Shown here: positions 23,850 to 38,600 of the stretch, one piece after another
How positions within the stretch are numbered: the stretch's first letter is position 1
Layout: every line of letters starts with the position of its first letter
Program-made: the position numbers and the translations under genes
Notes under the pieces: generated by a model
What the model was told of the DNA's origin: nothing
What the model saw: only the letters and a program-made list of their open reading frames with translations
The model's database searches: none
NCBI RefSeq assembly: GCF_964355755.1
Contig: NC_092678.1
Span: 8,820,422 to 8,884,421 of the forward strand
Direction: 5' to 3'
Length of the DNA stretch: 64,000 nucleotides
Origin: Antedon mediterranea
Taxonomy: Eukaryota; Animalia; Echinodermata

Positions 23850-26560
23850 TCTATATATAAATTTACGTAAGGGCAAAATTCGGTAAATCGCGCCTTACTT
23901 CTAGAATTTTCACTCGATGGTATGTAAAGTTGGTTCGTACTTTCGGTACTGATTTTAACCGCCTGATGTAACCCTGTTTACTAATTAAATTGAGTTAGAT
24001 AATTAGTTATTGACGATTAAAACGAATTTAGGTTCAACGATTTGCCCCAAATAGGGGTGTTTTCCGATCGTGGTATACACTGTCTAATGGATGTCCATCT
24101 TGAAAAATACCCGCCAAAAAAATGCGAGGATCGGAGGCTTCGCATTTTTCTATCTCCTCCTACGATAATTGTTTTTAATAGCTGAAAACCGGTTGAACAG
24201 CTAGAGTACACCATCATAATGTTGAAGACAGGCCGATTTTCTTTAAAAAATACTATTTTGATAGATTTAATATACGATTATACAAATGTATTGATTTGCG
24301 ATGAATGGAACATCCCAATCTCTCAGTCTGCCAGAGTTTGGTTTAACACAAGTACTGTAGGTAAATTTATGAGCCCTTGGTTTAACACATACGGTAGGTA
24401 AATATATGGGCCCTTTGAGAATAAACTTGCAATACTTTGACAATACTGTAAATACCTATTAACTATTTTTCATTTGAATCGAACATTTCTTACTGTGAAT
24501 GTTCGTACTGTTAGATGTAATATAAAAAAATATATACAAATAAACTTTATTACTGAGACTGTGGATAGGCTCTACTGTTAGATATACAAATAAACTTTAT
24601 ACTGACAGTTCCTTCTCAACGTTTGTATTAATTAATAATTACCAAAAATATAAACGTCGTAGTGGTGTATCGTGACATGTACTTTAATATTTCAATCGAT
24701 TATGACAGTGACAGTTTTAACAGTATTATACTGAGTATAATACTGTATACGTTTTCATAAGTAAGCGCATATACATTTTCGTGTTTTCATTGACGAGATT
24801 GTAATAGTAACTTCAGTAACTATTACAGTACTTATTTATTATACGACACAAGACAATTGTATCTGACAGGTACGTACATTATTCTAAAAAATAAGTCTAG
24901 ATAGATCCCTTAGGCGTCATAAATCACAGGCCAACAAATCAGTACTCATGACAGAAATTCGACCCAGTTTGGTTCACACAAATGTTTACAGGAATTTCAA
25001 CACCACAACCGATGATTTGCCCTAAATATTTAGGTAGACTACAGTTTAATTAGTATTTAGAGGTATATTATTTATAGGCCTATAAAACATGAACAAAATA
25101 TTTCGTTACTCAGTGGATAAAGAATATATTTAAAAATTGTTCCTCTTTGTACCTATCCGCTTTCCCATCCCTCAACCCTAATGTTACATAGCGAGGAGGC
25201 TTCGCATTTTCCTATCTCCTCCTACGATAATTGTTTTTAATAGCTGAAAACCGGTTGAACAGCTAGAGTACACCATCATAATGTTGAAGACAGGCCGATT
25301 TTCTTTAAAAAATACTATTTTGATAGATTGCTAGAGTACACCATCATAATGTTGAAGACAGGCCGATTTTCTTTAAAAAATACTATTTTGATAGATTTAA
25401 TATACGATTATACAAATGTATTGATTTGCGATGAATGGAACATCCCAATCTCTCAGTCTGCCAGAGTTTGGTTTAACACAAGTACTGTAGGTAAATTTAT
25501 GAGCCCTTGGTTTAACACATACGGTAGGTAAATATATGGGCCCTTTGAGAATAAACTTGCAATAGGTTCGGAAAATGTTAAAAACCAATTTCTATTATTT
25601 GAATCGGTAAACAGTTTCCATTTATTATACATTGATAATGAAACATGAAATATTCCTATTTATGTCCCTCGAGGTTCATTAAAATTTATATTTAGTAGTC
25701 CCACGGACTTCATCTTAGCCACTCCCCCGAGTGCTAAGGCCAAATTTATGATACCCTACTTTCTATGTAAGTTTATGTGCTTATAAATTAAGACTCACGT
25801 AAACAGCTTGATTACATCATTTTACAGACAAACGAAACTTTTTTAAACCTACTGTTTCAATAACTGAGTATAATACTGTATACGTTTTCATAAGTAAGCG
25901 CATATACATTTTCGTGTTTTCATTGACGAGATTGTAATAGTAACTTCAGTAACTATTACAGTACTTATTTATTATACGACACAAGACAATTGTATCTGAC
26001 AGGTACGTACATTATTCTAAAAAATAAGTCTAGATAGATCCCTTAGGCGTCATAAATCACAGGCCAACAAATCAGTACTCATGACAGAAATTCGACCCAG
26101 TTTGGTTCACACAAATGTTTACAGGAATTTCAACACCACAACCGATGATTTGCCCTAAATATTTAGGTAGACTACAGTTTAATTTTTCACTGAATAGGAG
26201 CTTGCATTTCCGATTTCCATTTCGCAGAATGTCTAGGTCTATTTATTTAGTTTGGTTCTTATAATATATAAATACAATCAACTTTATTACTGCGGTTCCA
26301 TCACCACCACCACGTGCCGCCCAATTCCCGTACATACATTTCCATTTCTCCCTAATTTCTTTAATCCACATAAATTAATTGTCCTTTATGGAATCCAGTA
26401 TTGGTTTTGTTGTCTCTATTTCTGAATACCCCAATTAGGGGGACACTTCCGTTTTTGTTTAGTGTCCCAAAAAAGTCCCCGTCCGTGGATTCTACTGTAT
26501 TCGAGAACCATCTGTGAGCACCCCTAGATGGTACGCGAGCGAAGCGAGCGTGCCATCTAG
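23850..26560 (+). mobile_element. Non-autonomous Helitron with internal duplications
   Basis: 5' end A|TCTATATATAAATTTACG; 3' end ctagatggtacgcgagcgaagcgagcgtgccatCTAG|T (hairpin plus CTAG). Inserted in an A|T site with no TSD. Confidence 0.9.
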
Positions 26561-26648
26561 TTGTTTCAATTGACATTATTCAGCGTTATACAACCTGGTC
26601 GAGTAAGGATCTTTTATATCTCTCGGTTCTACATCTGATATATCTATA

Positions 26649-27237
26649 TAGACCGGCTTCAGAATGAGCTAGGTTTTCAAAATTTATTTTCTATGAAATA
26701 TTTTTCAGGCAAGTACGTTTCAGGCAATTTTAAGCGTTTACAAAATTGCCATGAGTGCGCATACTTTTGCGCGCGCACTGCGCGTTAAATGTTGTTGCGC
26801 ACTCTTTTTGCCCGATTTCTGTTTTCTTGACTTACTTTTCAACTCGAAATTACGTTATACGAGCACGTCAAAAGTGACAGGCTACGCACGTGTAAATTAA
26901 AAAAATATAAATGTTTTTAAACATTTCAACATTTTTAAACATGTTCAGTAATTTCGGTCAGTATAGTTCACTATGTCGGTCGGTCGGTCTGTCGGTCTGT
27001 CGGTCTGTCTGTCGGTCCGGTATCACTATGCATTGTAGCACGCGACTTAATGGCTGTTGGCCTTGTTTTAGTAAAATGGGGCTATTTTGGCGGCCATTTT
27101 GATTTATCATCCCAACCCACCCCAAGATGCGCGTTTACCTGAACTTTTCTGTTCATACACATGATAAAGGCCCAAGAAAACATTGTGTCATTAATGTCCT
27201 CTCCGGGTGGCACCTAGCTCATTCTGAAGCCGGTCTA
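26649..27237. mobile_element. MITE-like element with 26-bp TIRs containing a HINE-like fragment
   Basis: TAGACCGGCTTCAGAATGAGCTAGGT ... ACCTAGCTCATTCTGAAGCCGGTCTA. The interior at about 26675-27068 matches the 41843-42731 family. Confidence 0.8.
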
Positions 27238-28776
27238 ATACAGATCATTTATTTCGGAACGCATTTTAATAATTACTATAATAGACTATTCCAGATTTGA
27301 GAAAAATGAAATGCTGTAGGCCTAGGTATTTCGTGTTAAAAGCGTGTTTTAGGGTAATTTTGGGGTGCTGAATTCAAATATGCTGTTTAAGTCAGTATTC
27401 AAATCAATTTTCTGTCAAGGAAGAAAGTTTATAATACTGTCTTTTGTATTATTCAAATACTGAATTAGTCTTTATATCCGTCCTAAATCCCCAAGGCTTA
27501 AATTACAGCCTATGATGGCGTGTTACTGTTGTATACGGTACTGTGTTTTTGCTAGTGCAGAGATTAGGACCTAGTTGAGACGGGGTCATTTGGTTATGTT
27601 GTTTGAATAATAATACTGTATTGCTATACTTAGTGTATACTGTATTGATAAAGGACTTAGAATCAGTTGATGTTGCTAAAAGCACGGGTGCTGCCCAAAT
27701 TTTCAATGATTGATGTTAAATTATCGTTTTCTCATATTTAGATATTTAGTGAATCTCTATCCGACGTGACAGCGACATTGTATGCAAGATAATCAGGATT
27801 AAAGGTTTATTTTGTTTTTCTCAACCAAGTTTGTCCTGTTTGTTTGTATCATACTTGCGATCGATTTCGTTAGTGGCGCTCTATAGTTTTTAGAAATTAC
27901 GAACTCTACAAACAGATTTTTGGCTTATAATAACAACAATCCTTTTTTTTTTCAAATCTTAGGAAAATGAAAGAAGAACTTTATTACAAAAAAACTACAG
28001 TTAAACATGTCAATGATTTCTTTTTGATCATCCAATAAACAATGTTTGCATAAACGTTAAACTTACGTTTATTATTTTTGAGCTTTCGAGCATTTTGCTT
28101 CGTCCCTGGTATGATCATCGTCGGTACACAACAGATACAGTATGGCTGTTACGGTTGAGTAATTCTTAACGGTAAATCAAATTACTGTAGACCTACTGCA
28201 GCTTAGTATAAAATACATACAATATTAATCTGACCAAAACGCTAATTAATTATACAAATATCATGCATTAAAAATATATTATATATTTCTAAAGAATGAT
28301 CAAATCTATAAAGAAAGAATGTGTTTTAAATATTTTTATGACATTTTTTGGGGAACTTTCTAAACTGGTTTTAGCAAAATGTCCTATGTTTTAACATTAG
28401 CGCAAAATCAAAAAGTGCCCTTCCAGTTTTACAGTTTTATAACACGCGACACTAATGCATTCGAGTCACAAATGGATACGTTTTATCAATTTGTTGGTAT
28501 TTTGTTATTTTTATTCACGGGCCGATTTGATTGTTCGGCCCGGTGTATCTTTCCATTCGACATCATTATACCTTTGTTTGGCATGTTTAAAAATTGTATT
28601 GGCAAAATGCCCCAGCAAGAATTAGTAACACTGATTACAAATGGAATTCAGTAAACATTTGTTAAAGATAACATTATTTGAAATTGTTGTTGCCTTGGCG
28701 ATATGCTTAAAAACTACAACACTATGAAATGATTAGCTCGCAACAGCTTCTATTTGTTAGCTAAATTTTATTACAT

Positions 28777-29472
28777 ATGCTTAATATGGCTAATGTTGCT
28801 AAACTAAGCTATGGCAACCTTTTGGAATTTGATAGCCGTGAGACAGCCAGGTATAAATGTAGTCGAAAATCGGTTTTTGACGTTCAAAGTGAATTTGTTC
28901 CCACATCCAGGCAGTTAAAATCTATCAACTCAAGCCCACCAATGCAAACATCAAGGCGATGGAGGAGTGCCTCTGATGCATTTTTTCCGCAAGCCAGGTC
29001 TGGTAATGTCAGCCTACGAAAACTCTCTCTTTACTTTGGAAAAGATGTGCCGACATCAATGTGGTGGCGTTTTAAATTGGAAACCAAAAGTGAGAAAAAA
29101 GAAAAAGACATTACTATTGAGGAGGTACAGACATATCAAATTGAACCAACAATAACATTTAATTGCTCTGCCGTTGAGAGAATAATTGAGGAATCGTTAC
29201 ATGTTCATCTGGATGGTGAAGAATACAACCCTAAAACAGCTGGTGGATTGGTGAAAACACTGACGAACATAATTCAGTATCGTGTTAAATGTGAAAAGTT
29301 CGATAGGTATCGATTGATTGTACAAGTCTACCTAGGTCATCCACGTGAACACAATCTTGTCATTTCTAGTTCTTTTCTTATTGATAGTGAAAGAGACAGG
29401 TTTAGTAGGGCTGTTTTCTCCTCGCCAAGAATATTTGCTGTAGGTGTCGTATTTGGAGTGTACTTGGATTAA
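28777..29472 (+). CDS. Tctex1-domain dynein light chain-like protein (TCTEX1D1/DYNLT5-type), single coding exon, 231 aa
   Basis: The C-terminus TYQIEP...F....VERIIEESL...L.GEEYNP.......L...I..RVK...DRYRLIVQV.LG......S..L.D.ERD.F....F.S..IFAVGVVFGVYLD is the Tctex-1 signature. The frame is intact from ATG to TAA. Confidence 0.9.
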   Translation: MLNMANVAKLSYGNLLEFDSRETARYKCSRKSVFDVQSEFVPTSRQLKSINSSPPMQTSRRWRSASDAFFPQARSGNVSLRKLSLYFGKDVPTSMWWRFKLETKSEKKEKDITIEEVQTYQIEPTITFNCSAVERIIEESLHVHLDGEEYNPKTAGGLVKTLTNIIQYRVKCEKFDRYRLIVQVYLGHPREHNLVISSSFLIDSERDRFSRAVFSSPRIFAVGVVFGVYLD

Positions 29473-32400
29473 ACATTTAACAGGTGTGTGGCAGAATAGA
29501 CAAACTTTTAAAAACGCTTGTGCTTGTGCTTGTGGTGCTGCAACCTTCCCGGACCCCGAAAAAAGAAACGATATAAGTGTTGTACCGATTGAATACGTTA
29601 CTGTCTTTCGCCAGAAAATACGACAACTCATTTCCGACTGAGAAGATGTGGCGGGGGGAAGCTTTAAATATGCCTTCTTAGTAAATCTGTATAAATGTTG
29701 TATCCAAGATAATACGACGTGGTCTTAGGTTATCCAATGGTATGTAGAGACCGTACAAGTTTCTAAAAATGTAAATAAAGCTAACTTTTAAATTTAAAGG
29801 CAACTACAATTAATTGTCAAATTTCAAAATTTACTTTTTCATCTTACAAAGGTTCTGAATTTAAACAATTAACGTTTAATCATAAAGACGTGCCTCATTT
29901 GTTTATATTATCATTATGCCAAACTTACTATCTCAAAAAATAGCCATAATTGGCAAAAAGTAATTGAGTATTGTATTATAGTATTGTCACGTGATTAGTC
30001 ACGTTAGTTGGTAGAGTATACATTAATCATCATTTTAACAGTTAGGTGACAGACGTAAGCTTTAAAATAGGTCGGTGGTATTTGTTTTGCGCAAACTATA
30101 ATCCAAATAAGACGTTTATTTGATAATTTGAAGTTAATTCTCAACAAGAATTGTTTCTATCATCAGTTTAATTGGGAATTTTTATTTATACGCACATACA
30201 TTTCTAGAACTAATTATCGTGTAGGCCTACTTTGATTGATCGAGTTTTAATCATATTTAGCCATCAATTTATATTTTCTCATTTTCTCATTGTTAGGGGA
30301 TACATTTATATTACTATTATATTATTATCACTTTACCATAGTATTGTACTGTATATATTATATTGGTTGTAGACTAGACCAAAGTTCAGTAACCAGGTTG
30401 TTAGTAATTGTACCTATGAGACTGCTCATAACTCAAGTTGTCAGAGACACTTGTTTGATATTCCATATAAGGAAATTGTTACAACAACTTCATACTAAGA
30501 TGATGATGTCATTTGAATTTCATCTTAAAACCAATTTCATCATCTTTAAGTTATTTGATGAGATCATTATGATCACCCCACATATCCTGCATAAGAATAT
30601 AAATAGTGGTACATTAACCATATTTAATCAGTCCTAATACGAATACTGACATAGCTAAACTAAATGCTGCTAAAGTCTATTGTTGAAGTATCTAGAAGTC
30701 TGTTTGACTGTTTTGAACAACTGAAGTAAAGCTTTATATCAGCCTTGGGCTCAGCTATATTTGTAAGTCTTGAATTTCTTTATGTATTTTGATTGTGTGT
30801 TACCACCATCTTATACTTTGATAATTATTTTATATTGTTAATTAATCTTTATGTTTATAATCCTTTTAATTGATTTTGTTATCTTTTGCTTTTCTGTTTG
30901 AAGAATAAAACGTGGATTAGAGTATAAAACTTATCCATTGTATTGCCTATCTTCTGTTTGTGCCTTGCATGTAACATCATTTATAATAAAATACTATGTT
31001 ATTTTTGCATTGCCTGTAACGGGGTCATCCATAGATATTAGCCTACAAATTCATAATTGTAATGTATACTGATCATATTATATTAGAAATAATAAACAAT
31101 AAAGAACCAATGATTGGACTTTGAGACCAGTTACTCTGTAGTCGAAAACGGTTTACTTTAAACAAGCATGCTGATATGGTTTGATATCTATTCATTGCAA
31201 AATGTAAAACATAATATAGCCAAAGAATACGGCAACTTTCACGGTCAACAACAAATATAATTTTGTCTCTGTAATCCAAATTACATGAATAATCAAGGGA
31301 AAATGATAGCTTGGCATTACATAACTTCGCTAAATAAGTTAATATCGAAATGTATGTTAACGTGATTATAATCTAGTGGCCTACTACTCACTAAGCATGA
31401 TTTTTAAAAATCATACGAAGGGCGCTAACGTCGTGAGAAAAGGATATCGGGGTTAGTTGTTATACACAGTGTTCTATTGTTTTTGTTACTAAATGAGCTA
31501 AATACATTGTTTTATTGCAAATTCAAGAATAATCTATTGGTTATACAAAAATCGATTATATTAATCGCTATAGACTGTATGACACAACAATGATAACTTT
31601 AACAACTTAGACCACGTGCTATCATTTGTATATTTACTTTTATAGAATAATGACCTCTGTAAGTGTTGGTAATGACCATCATCAAGTGTTTTATAGGTTA
31701 CAGTTATTCGCACAGCGGCTTTAGCCAGCTAAAACCCCAGAGGACATAATCAATAAAAAGCTTTATCATCGCGAAGTTATATAATTATCTAAGGCTTACA
31801 TTTTCAGACTTTTATTAACTCGACTAATTTTATAGGTCCAAGCTGGTCCAAAAACACGTCAGGGAAAAGAAAGTCTATGAGGGCTCATGGTTGAACAATT
31901 TTGTATTCTCGCCCTTTGATTTGGTTAACGCGAATCAACAGACTGCGGAAGAATTTTCTCACGTGTGCCATTGTCTCTCCTGAAGACGGCATGTCCTGGC
32001 ATATCCAAAACAACACTTTTTTTATTTAATAGACTTGTAATATCATATTTGATTGAATGTTAAAATGTTGATATACAAAATATATTACTAAAACTATATA
32101 AAATATATAGGTTCATACAATTGCCTACTGAGAGCGCAATTTATTTACTTCGTTCGTGCCTAAAAACGATTATTTTCGGCGATGTTTTGGACCCTATATT
32201 TCGAAAACTATAAATCAGATTTTCATTATTCTTTTAATATTGATACAAAATATTAACATACAATGTATGCTATTAACTTTTAATGTTGCATCGTAATGCC
32301 TAGGTAGTAGGCCTATTATACTAGTATAGTGTGTGGGCCGGGCCATTAGGGAGTTAATGCTTCTACCCTGGAATATGTACATATACTCATGATATACTGC

Positions 32401-32616
32401 AGTTTAGTTTATAATTATATTTTTGTTCTGTACAGTAGGCCAGACTATATATTTACGTTACACAAAATGTTTACTACTGATTGTTAAATAAAAGTAATTT
32501 ATATAATAAATCATTATATCTGATGAAGAAAGAACACTGATTAAACATTTTAGTTAAAGAGTCGAGCGGTGTTTTTGTAAGAAATATTTCTTGTTTAACT
32601 TCAGATCATCTCTTGG

Positions 32617-32824
32617 TTTTCTTTCTTTTTATTTTTTGTCTTCATACTCATCCAACGGCGAGCAAAAACTAGCCAAGTACAGGATGAGATAAACTATTAA
32701 AGTTATAGTTCGTCGTGCTTATAAACTAAGTCTCATTTGAGTCTTAGGAAGTGGAGTTGAACAGGATTGAACCCTGGACCTTTGGATTGGAAGGCAAGCA
32801 TGTTAACCACCAAGCTACAGCTTC
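32617..32824 (-). mobile_element. tRNA-derived SINE
   Basis: The minus strand reads gctgtagcttggtggttaacatgcttgccttccaatccaaaggtccagggttcaatcc (A box, B box), then a body and an A-rich tail aaaaaataaaaagaaagaaaa. Confidence 0.7.
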
Positions 32825-32909
32825 ACTTCACTTTATTTATTTACTTCACATAAAAAAAAACAATAATTCAAAGATAACAGAACAAAATTTGAAAAGAAAG
32901 GATTTAAAA

Positions 32910-34302
32910 TCTATATATAAATTTACGTAAGGGCAAAATTCGGTAAATCGCGCGTAATTTCTAGAATGTTTACTCGATGGTATATAAAGTTGGTTCGTAC
33001 TTTCGGTACTGATTTTAACCACCTGATGTTACCCTGTTTACTAATTAAATTGAGTTCGGTAATTAGTTATTGACGATTAAAACGAATTTAGGTTCAACGA
33101 TTTGCCCCAAATAGGGGTGTTTTCCGATCGTGGTATACACTGTCTAATGTATATCCATCTTGAAAAATACCCGCAGACAATAATACGAGGATGCTTCGCA
33201 TTTTCCTATCTCCTCCTACGATAATTGTTTTTAATGGCTGAAAACCGGTTGAACAGCTCGAGTACAGCATCATAATGTTGAAGACAGGCCGATTTTCTTT
33301 AAAAAATACTATTTTGATATATTTAATATACGTTTATACAAATGTATTGATTTGAAATGAATGGAACATTCCAATCTCTGTTCCACAAGTGTCTATTCCT
33401 TCAGGTGTCGTAAAGGCAAGTACTGTATACTCATAACAGAAATTCGATCCATTTTTTTTTTCAATCTGTGCTGCGGATAATGAGCTAGCGTTTTCAGTCG
33501 CCGTATATTATGTACAAATCTTTATGTTGCAGTTAAACCACCCACGTGACATCATCACCCTTCCCTCACTACACTGGCATGAGTAGCGTTGTAAAGCCAG
33601 TAGAGGAGGATAGGCCTACGATGCATCACATGTCCTAAACGCAGAACAACTTTGGTGGGTAGGGTAGGAACAAACTTAAATATGAATTGGCTCTAAGAAA
33701 CAATTGAAAACCATTAGGCCTACTAATTAAGTTGAGTTAGATAATTTAATATTTATTGACGATTAAATCGAATTTATGATTTGCCACGAATAGAGGTGGT
33801 TTTCACAAATTGTTTTACATTATAAAAACATATACACGTCGTAGTGATGTATCGTTACATGTACTATTTCAATTGACTAGGACGGTGATAGTTTCAACAA
33901 AGTATTACATCGCAATGTTTTACTGTGTTTAGTGGCATATTATTTGTAAAACATGAAAACAATTAATATTTTGTTACTACATGGATAAAGACTATATTTA
34001 AAAATTGTTCCTCTTGGCACCCATCCTCTTTCCTATCCCTCAACCCTAATGTTACATACAAAACCTTGGTCTCATTTTGTGACAAGTTTCTCTTTCGGAA
34101 GTAATTCCCAGGGTGCTAATTTTAGTTCACTACATAAATCACAGTGTCTATTTATTCGTTCCTGTAAAACGACATGTATTATTGTCTTGCGGTACGTACA
34201 TTTGAAATCGCCAGTTTTTTAACGCTGAAATTATTATGTATTCGAGAACCATCTGTGGGCACGACCTAGATGGTACGCGAGCGAAGCGAGCGTACCATCT
34301 AG
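32910..34302 (+). mobile_element. Non-autonomous Helitron (same termini as 23850-26560)
   Basis: A|TCTATATATAAATTTACG ... gatggtacgcgagcgaagcgagcgtaccatCTAG|T. Confidence 0.92.
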
Positions 34303-35669
34303 TAATATAAAATATCGCATAAAAAATATCGGTAATCCCTTTTTCTAGGATATAAAAATTACTGATTTGAATTGATGATTGTTGATTGTTGAAAGATGAT
34401 TGATAAAGCAATCTCATCGTGGGACACCTATGTTCGTGTTGATTGTATATCCTGTTTCTTTTCACTTTTCTTTCTTTTCACACTTTCACATTATCTACAG
34501 GATGCTTTATTATGTGAAGTTAATCTGGTTAGAAAGTCTTTCAGCATTCCCATTGGTATAATTTCTTTCTAATTTACCTGTATCAAATGGACTTGAAAAT
34601 AAAATGGCAATGCTTTATAATTATATATACTTTATTTATCCATCACACAAGCGAAAGCTGCAAACGGTTTTGTCATAATCTTACAGTGCTATTTCACGGT
34701 TTAAATGTCTCCTATTTCTGTTTGTGAAAAAGACCACTGTCACAATTGGTCCCTTCCTACTGAGCCAGTTATGTAGGCCATTATTTCAAGGACAGTTATA
34801 ATGCTTGAGCTGCACTGCACAACAATATTTTGTTCCTTTGTGTGAAGTGACGGGCCGTATTACTCTACCGAATGTTAGTCCTAATTATTTTAATTTATAT
34901 ATAGATAACAAATTACAATAAATTGGTAAATCTATGTTTTGTACAGCATCATTTTGAAAATGTTTAATATGTTCTTTGTATTATATAAAGTTGAAAATAA
35001 TTCACTAAGACCGAATGAACTTGCCACGACTAAGGGGTTAGCATGGTTGATCCATGATTCTCTCACTGACAGTGTCCGAAAGCTCGCCCCGACGGGGCCC
35101 ACGTTGCTTCTACACCAGAAGCATGAAGAAAACTAATAAAAACAAACATTCAGTGAAACAGAACAGTTGCAAATTAAATTTCTTCCCGATAAGCTTATCA
35201 AGCAGGCTCTTGGAAATTGGCTTCTACTAGCGCTATTGGAGAGACCGATATTGGGATATTATTTTTGACCACATCATGCCTATCAGGTCGAATTCATAAT
35301 TTTTAGAAATAAAAGAATGAAGAGTGTGACTAATGGTAGTCTAATTACTATGTAACGTTTATGTAAACTGCACCTTAGATTCATTAGACTATACACGCCA
35401 ATCTAATGACAATTTATTGTAATAATTTAAGGGCATCACTGAATAATAGTTACAATTAAAAAAATAAGGGAAAGTCGGTTGCATCTTTATTGTGATTATT
35501 ATTAATAATTATTCTTCTTTTATTCTAATATCGCAAATACATATATTTCTTTTTAAGATATTCACTAAAGCAGGTAAAGTGACATGTTAATTTTGTTTTC
35601 TTATTTTCTCTGCATAATCCCATCATTAAAAGCGGAAATAATTATATATGCAATATTGTTCATTGATGT

Positions 35670-38600
35670 TTATATGTCTCCTCGAGGGATGCATTCACCA
35701 TCATAATCCACCTCGATTTCCACCTCATTTTCACAGTTATATTTTAAGAGATTACATCTTGAAGGGTAACTGTTATTGTCTGTACCACAAACTGGTTCCA
35801 ACTCCAAAGGAGGACATGTGATCGTACATTTGGTAGGCTTGACGCATGCACCCTCATGCAATATACTTAATTTTAGATTATCGCATCGATTGATATTTTC
35901 CAGGACACAAACTGACGGATACGTTTTTCCATCATTTGCGCAAACTGGTTCAAAAAGGAGCTTACATGTGGGGTTAGCACATGAATCTTCTGTTGTCATC
36001 TGAGACTTTTTAGGAGTAGGAAGTGGTTCCGTACCATTTGGTTCTGGGGTGACTGTAATGTTGACAGTTGTACATGGACCCTCATATTCAATATCTAGGG
36101 TAGAATTGTCGGAAGTACACGCAACTTTTAGAAGCTTGCACTTGTTTTCATACGTATTTTCGTCTGTCCCACAGACGTAACTAATATCTTCTTCGCATTC
36201 ATCTTCTGGACAGTACCTAAAACCTTCAAGATTGTCTGTTGGGGGCTCAGGACTTTCACATAAGCCATAATAACTAATCTCAACTGATTGTTCAGTATTT
36301 CCTGTGCATTTACTAGCTTCAAAGACGCACGGACTTGGATAGCCTTTTCCATCAGTGGCACATATGGGTTCATACGTCAACGGACATACCTCTGCACAGC
36401 TTTCTTTTGTTGTTTGCAACTGAACTGGCGGGATTGGTTCAGTTACTACGTTAACTCGGTTGTCAATGCGACCATTTTCCCCCTCCGCCTGGATACGTGT
36501 TTTGGACCTAAATCTTTTGGTAGTTCTGGGTTGATTGGTTACGATTGCTGGGACTCTAGGTGGAGAATAGAAAAACGTCTTGGCATGACCTGTGAAGATA
36601 AGATAGTAATGGTAATAGTAGTTTGTCTTACACTCGACAAAATTCGAATAAACATATACCATATTAAGTGGAGTTGCCTAATGGTCACCACAAATGGTCG
36701 TATATGCCTATACTTGGGTTTTAGTTGCGATGTTTTGTCTGGGAGATTATGTAATTGAGTATGTTGTTTGAATTGATTTTGACAATCCATCTAGTATATA
36801 CATGTTCAGGTATATCATATCTTTTCCAATTATGTCTTTAGTTATATTGTACAGCTAGTTAGTTTATTGTGAATAATCTAATATCGATGAATTCAAGTTA
36901 ACATTAAAAATTGTTTCGGTTTGTACACCTAATCATTGGGGATCATGAAGAAAAAACTTAAGTAATCATATTCAATAGAGGCCTACTAAAAAAATTTTCC
37001 CGATAAAATCATTACTTTTCCCAAATTGAACTTCCTAGAGTGTAAGCGAAAGTGATTGGCGATCGTAAGTTTATATATTTTATTTATACTGAAATCCAAT
37101 AAGCGTGTGGGTTTATTGTGATTCATATTTGTTTCCCATTAGGCTTTAAAGATTGTACAAATGAAAAAGACCATTTGGGATTTCTCCTCCATGACGCATA
37201 TCACTAATAAAACGAACATTTCCATTGTTATTCTTATTTATGGAATTGATATTGTATTTACATTATGCTATTCGTTTTATATAATATACAGTAGATAGAT
37301 AGATAGAGATGTAATTTATATTTCACAACGCCTGATTCAAATACAACAAGAATGATTTTTGTTTTTTTTAATTATCAAAATATATCTAAAATGAAGTTTG
37401 ATTATAAAATGATTCATTTCAATGATATAATTGGATCGAGACATAGATGCCTTTTATGCTCTGTATTTTCAAGGTTTGAACAATTCGACAACCTATAGCC
37501 AAATTATGTATGTCGTCAAACCTTTTTAATATAAATAAGAATAATTTGAATTGAATACTGGCCAATTCCTGATAATGTCAATTCCTTAGAGTAAAGGTTC
37601 ACAGACATGAGTCAAACATATGGATATGATAATTCACCACGCATGCACTTTTCATTATCATTATTTTTTTCATTATTTTTCCCGGGATTAAAACGAAAGA
37701 TTGATGAATTAGTCAATTCTGCATTACACGGTTTTATTGAGAATTATGTGTAAACAATAAATAAACGCATATACATATGTATATCTACTTTTAAGAGGAT
37801 TGTCCCCCTGAAAAAATAATTCTCAACACAATTTTTGTTGAATATTTTAATTTAACATAATATTAATCCACTTCTAACAAAAATTGGGTAAAAAAATATA
37901 TTTACCTGAAAAACTGTAATTTAAAACAAACTGGCTGCTGCCAGCCAATGGGTTATTTGTTGATTTAAAACAATTTTTTTTTGTGATTTTATAGGCCTAA
38001 AGTGAAAACTTTGATTTTATTAATCTTAATTGTTTAAGTTTCTTCCAAGGTTTGAAGTATCACCCACTACTCATATTTAAATTAAACCGAATCTAGTTTA
38101 TACTGATTGATTGATCGCTATGCTCGGTAAACTCTGGTAGTGGTTAGTGTTTTTCAAAGACTGTTATTATAAATATTATCTCTTTGGAGAATATACTGTA
38201 AGCTCTGTCTAACTTTATGTGACAACAAAATGTGATATGGAGACGATGACATCATATCACTACCATATTTGGGTATATCACTACCATATTTGGGTATATC
38301 ACTACCATATTTGGGCACATCACACTTTGTTGTCAAATTAGTTTGACAGTGTAGACAGAGCTTTAGATGAGAGCGTATCTATTTGATTTGATCTGCGCGT
38401 GCGCGTGCATACATTGCAAACAGTGTTGTTCCGTCGGACAACACCGACCATGTAATTCTTTGTTACTCTCTGTAGACGTTTGCATGTCGATCTAAAGGTA
38501 CGGGTTCTTATCTCCGTCGGGTGGCTTAGAAATGTATTTATTTATTTATAAAGAACATATGGATAACATTATCTTTATATATAATGTTCTAAAAACTAGT

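Noticed and set aside
24219-25531. Duplicated small ORF MLKTGRFSLKN...
   Set aside because: It lies in a Helitron internal duplication, the frame is not kept in the other copies, and it has no recognisable motif.
30290-30637. 115-aa + strand ORF
   Set aside because: Non-ATG start and no motif. It is possibly a very old LINE 3' remnant, but I cannot support that.
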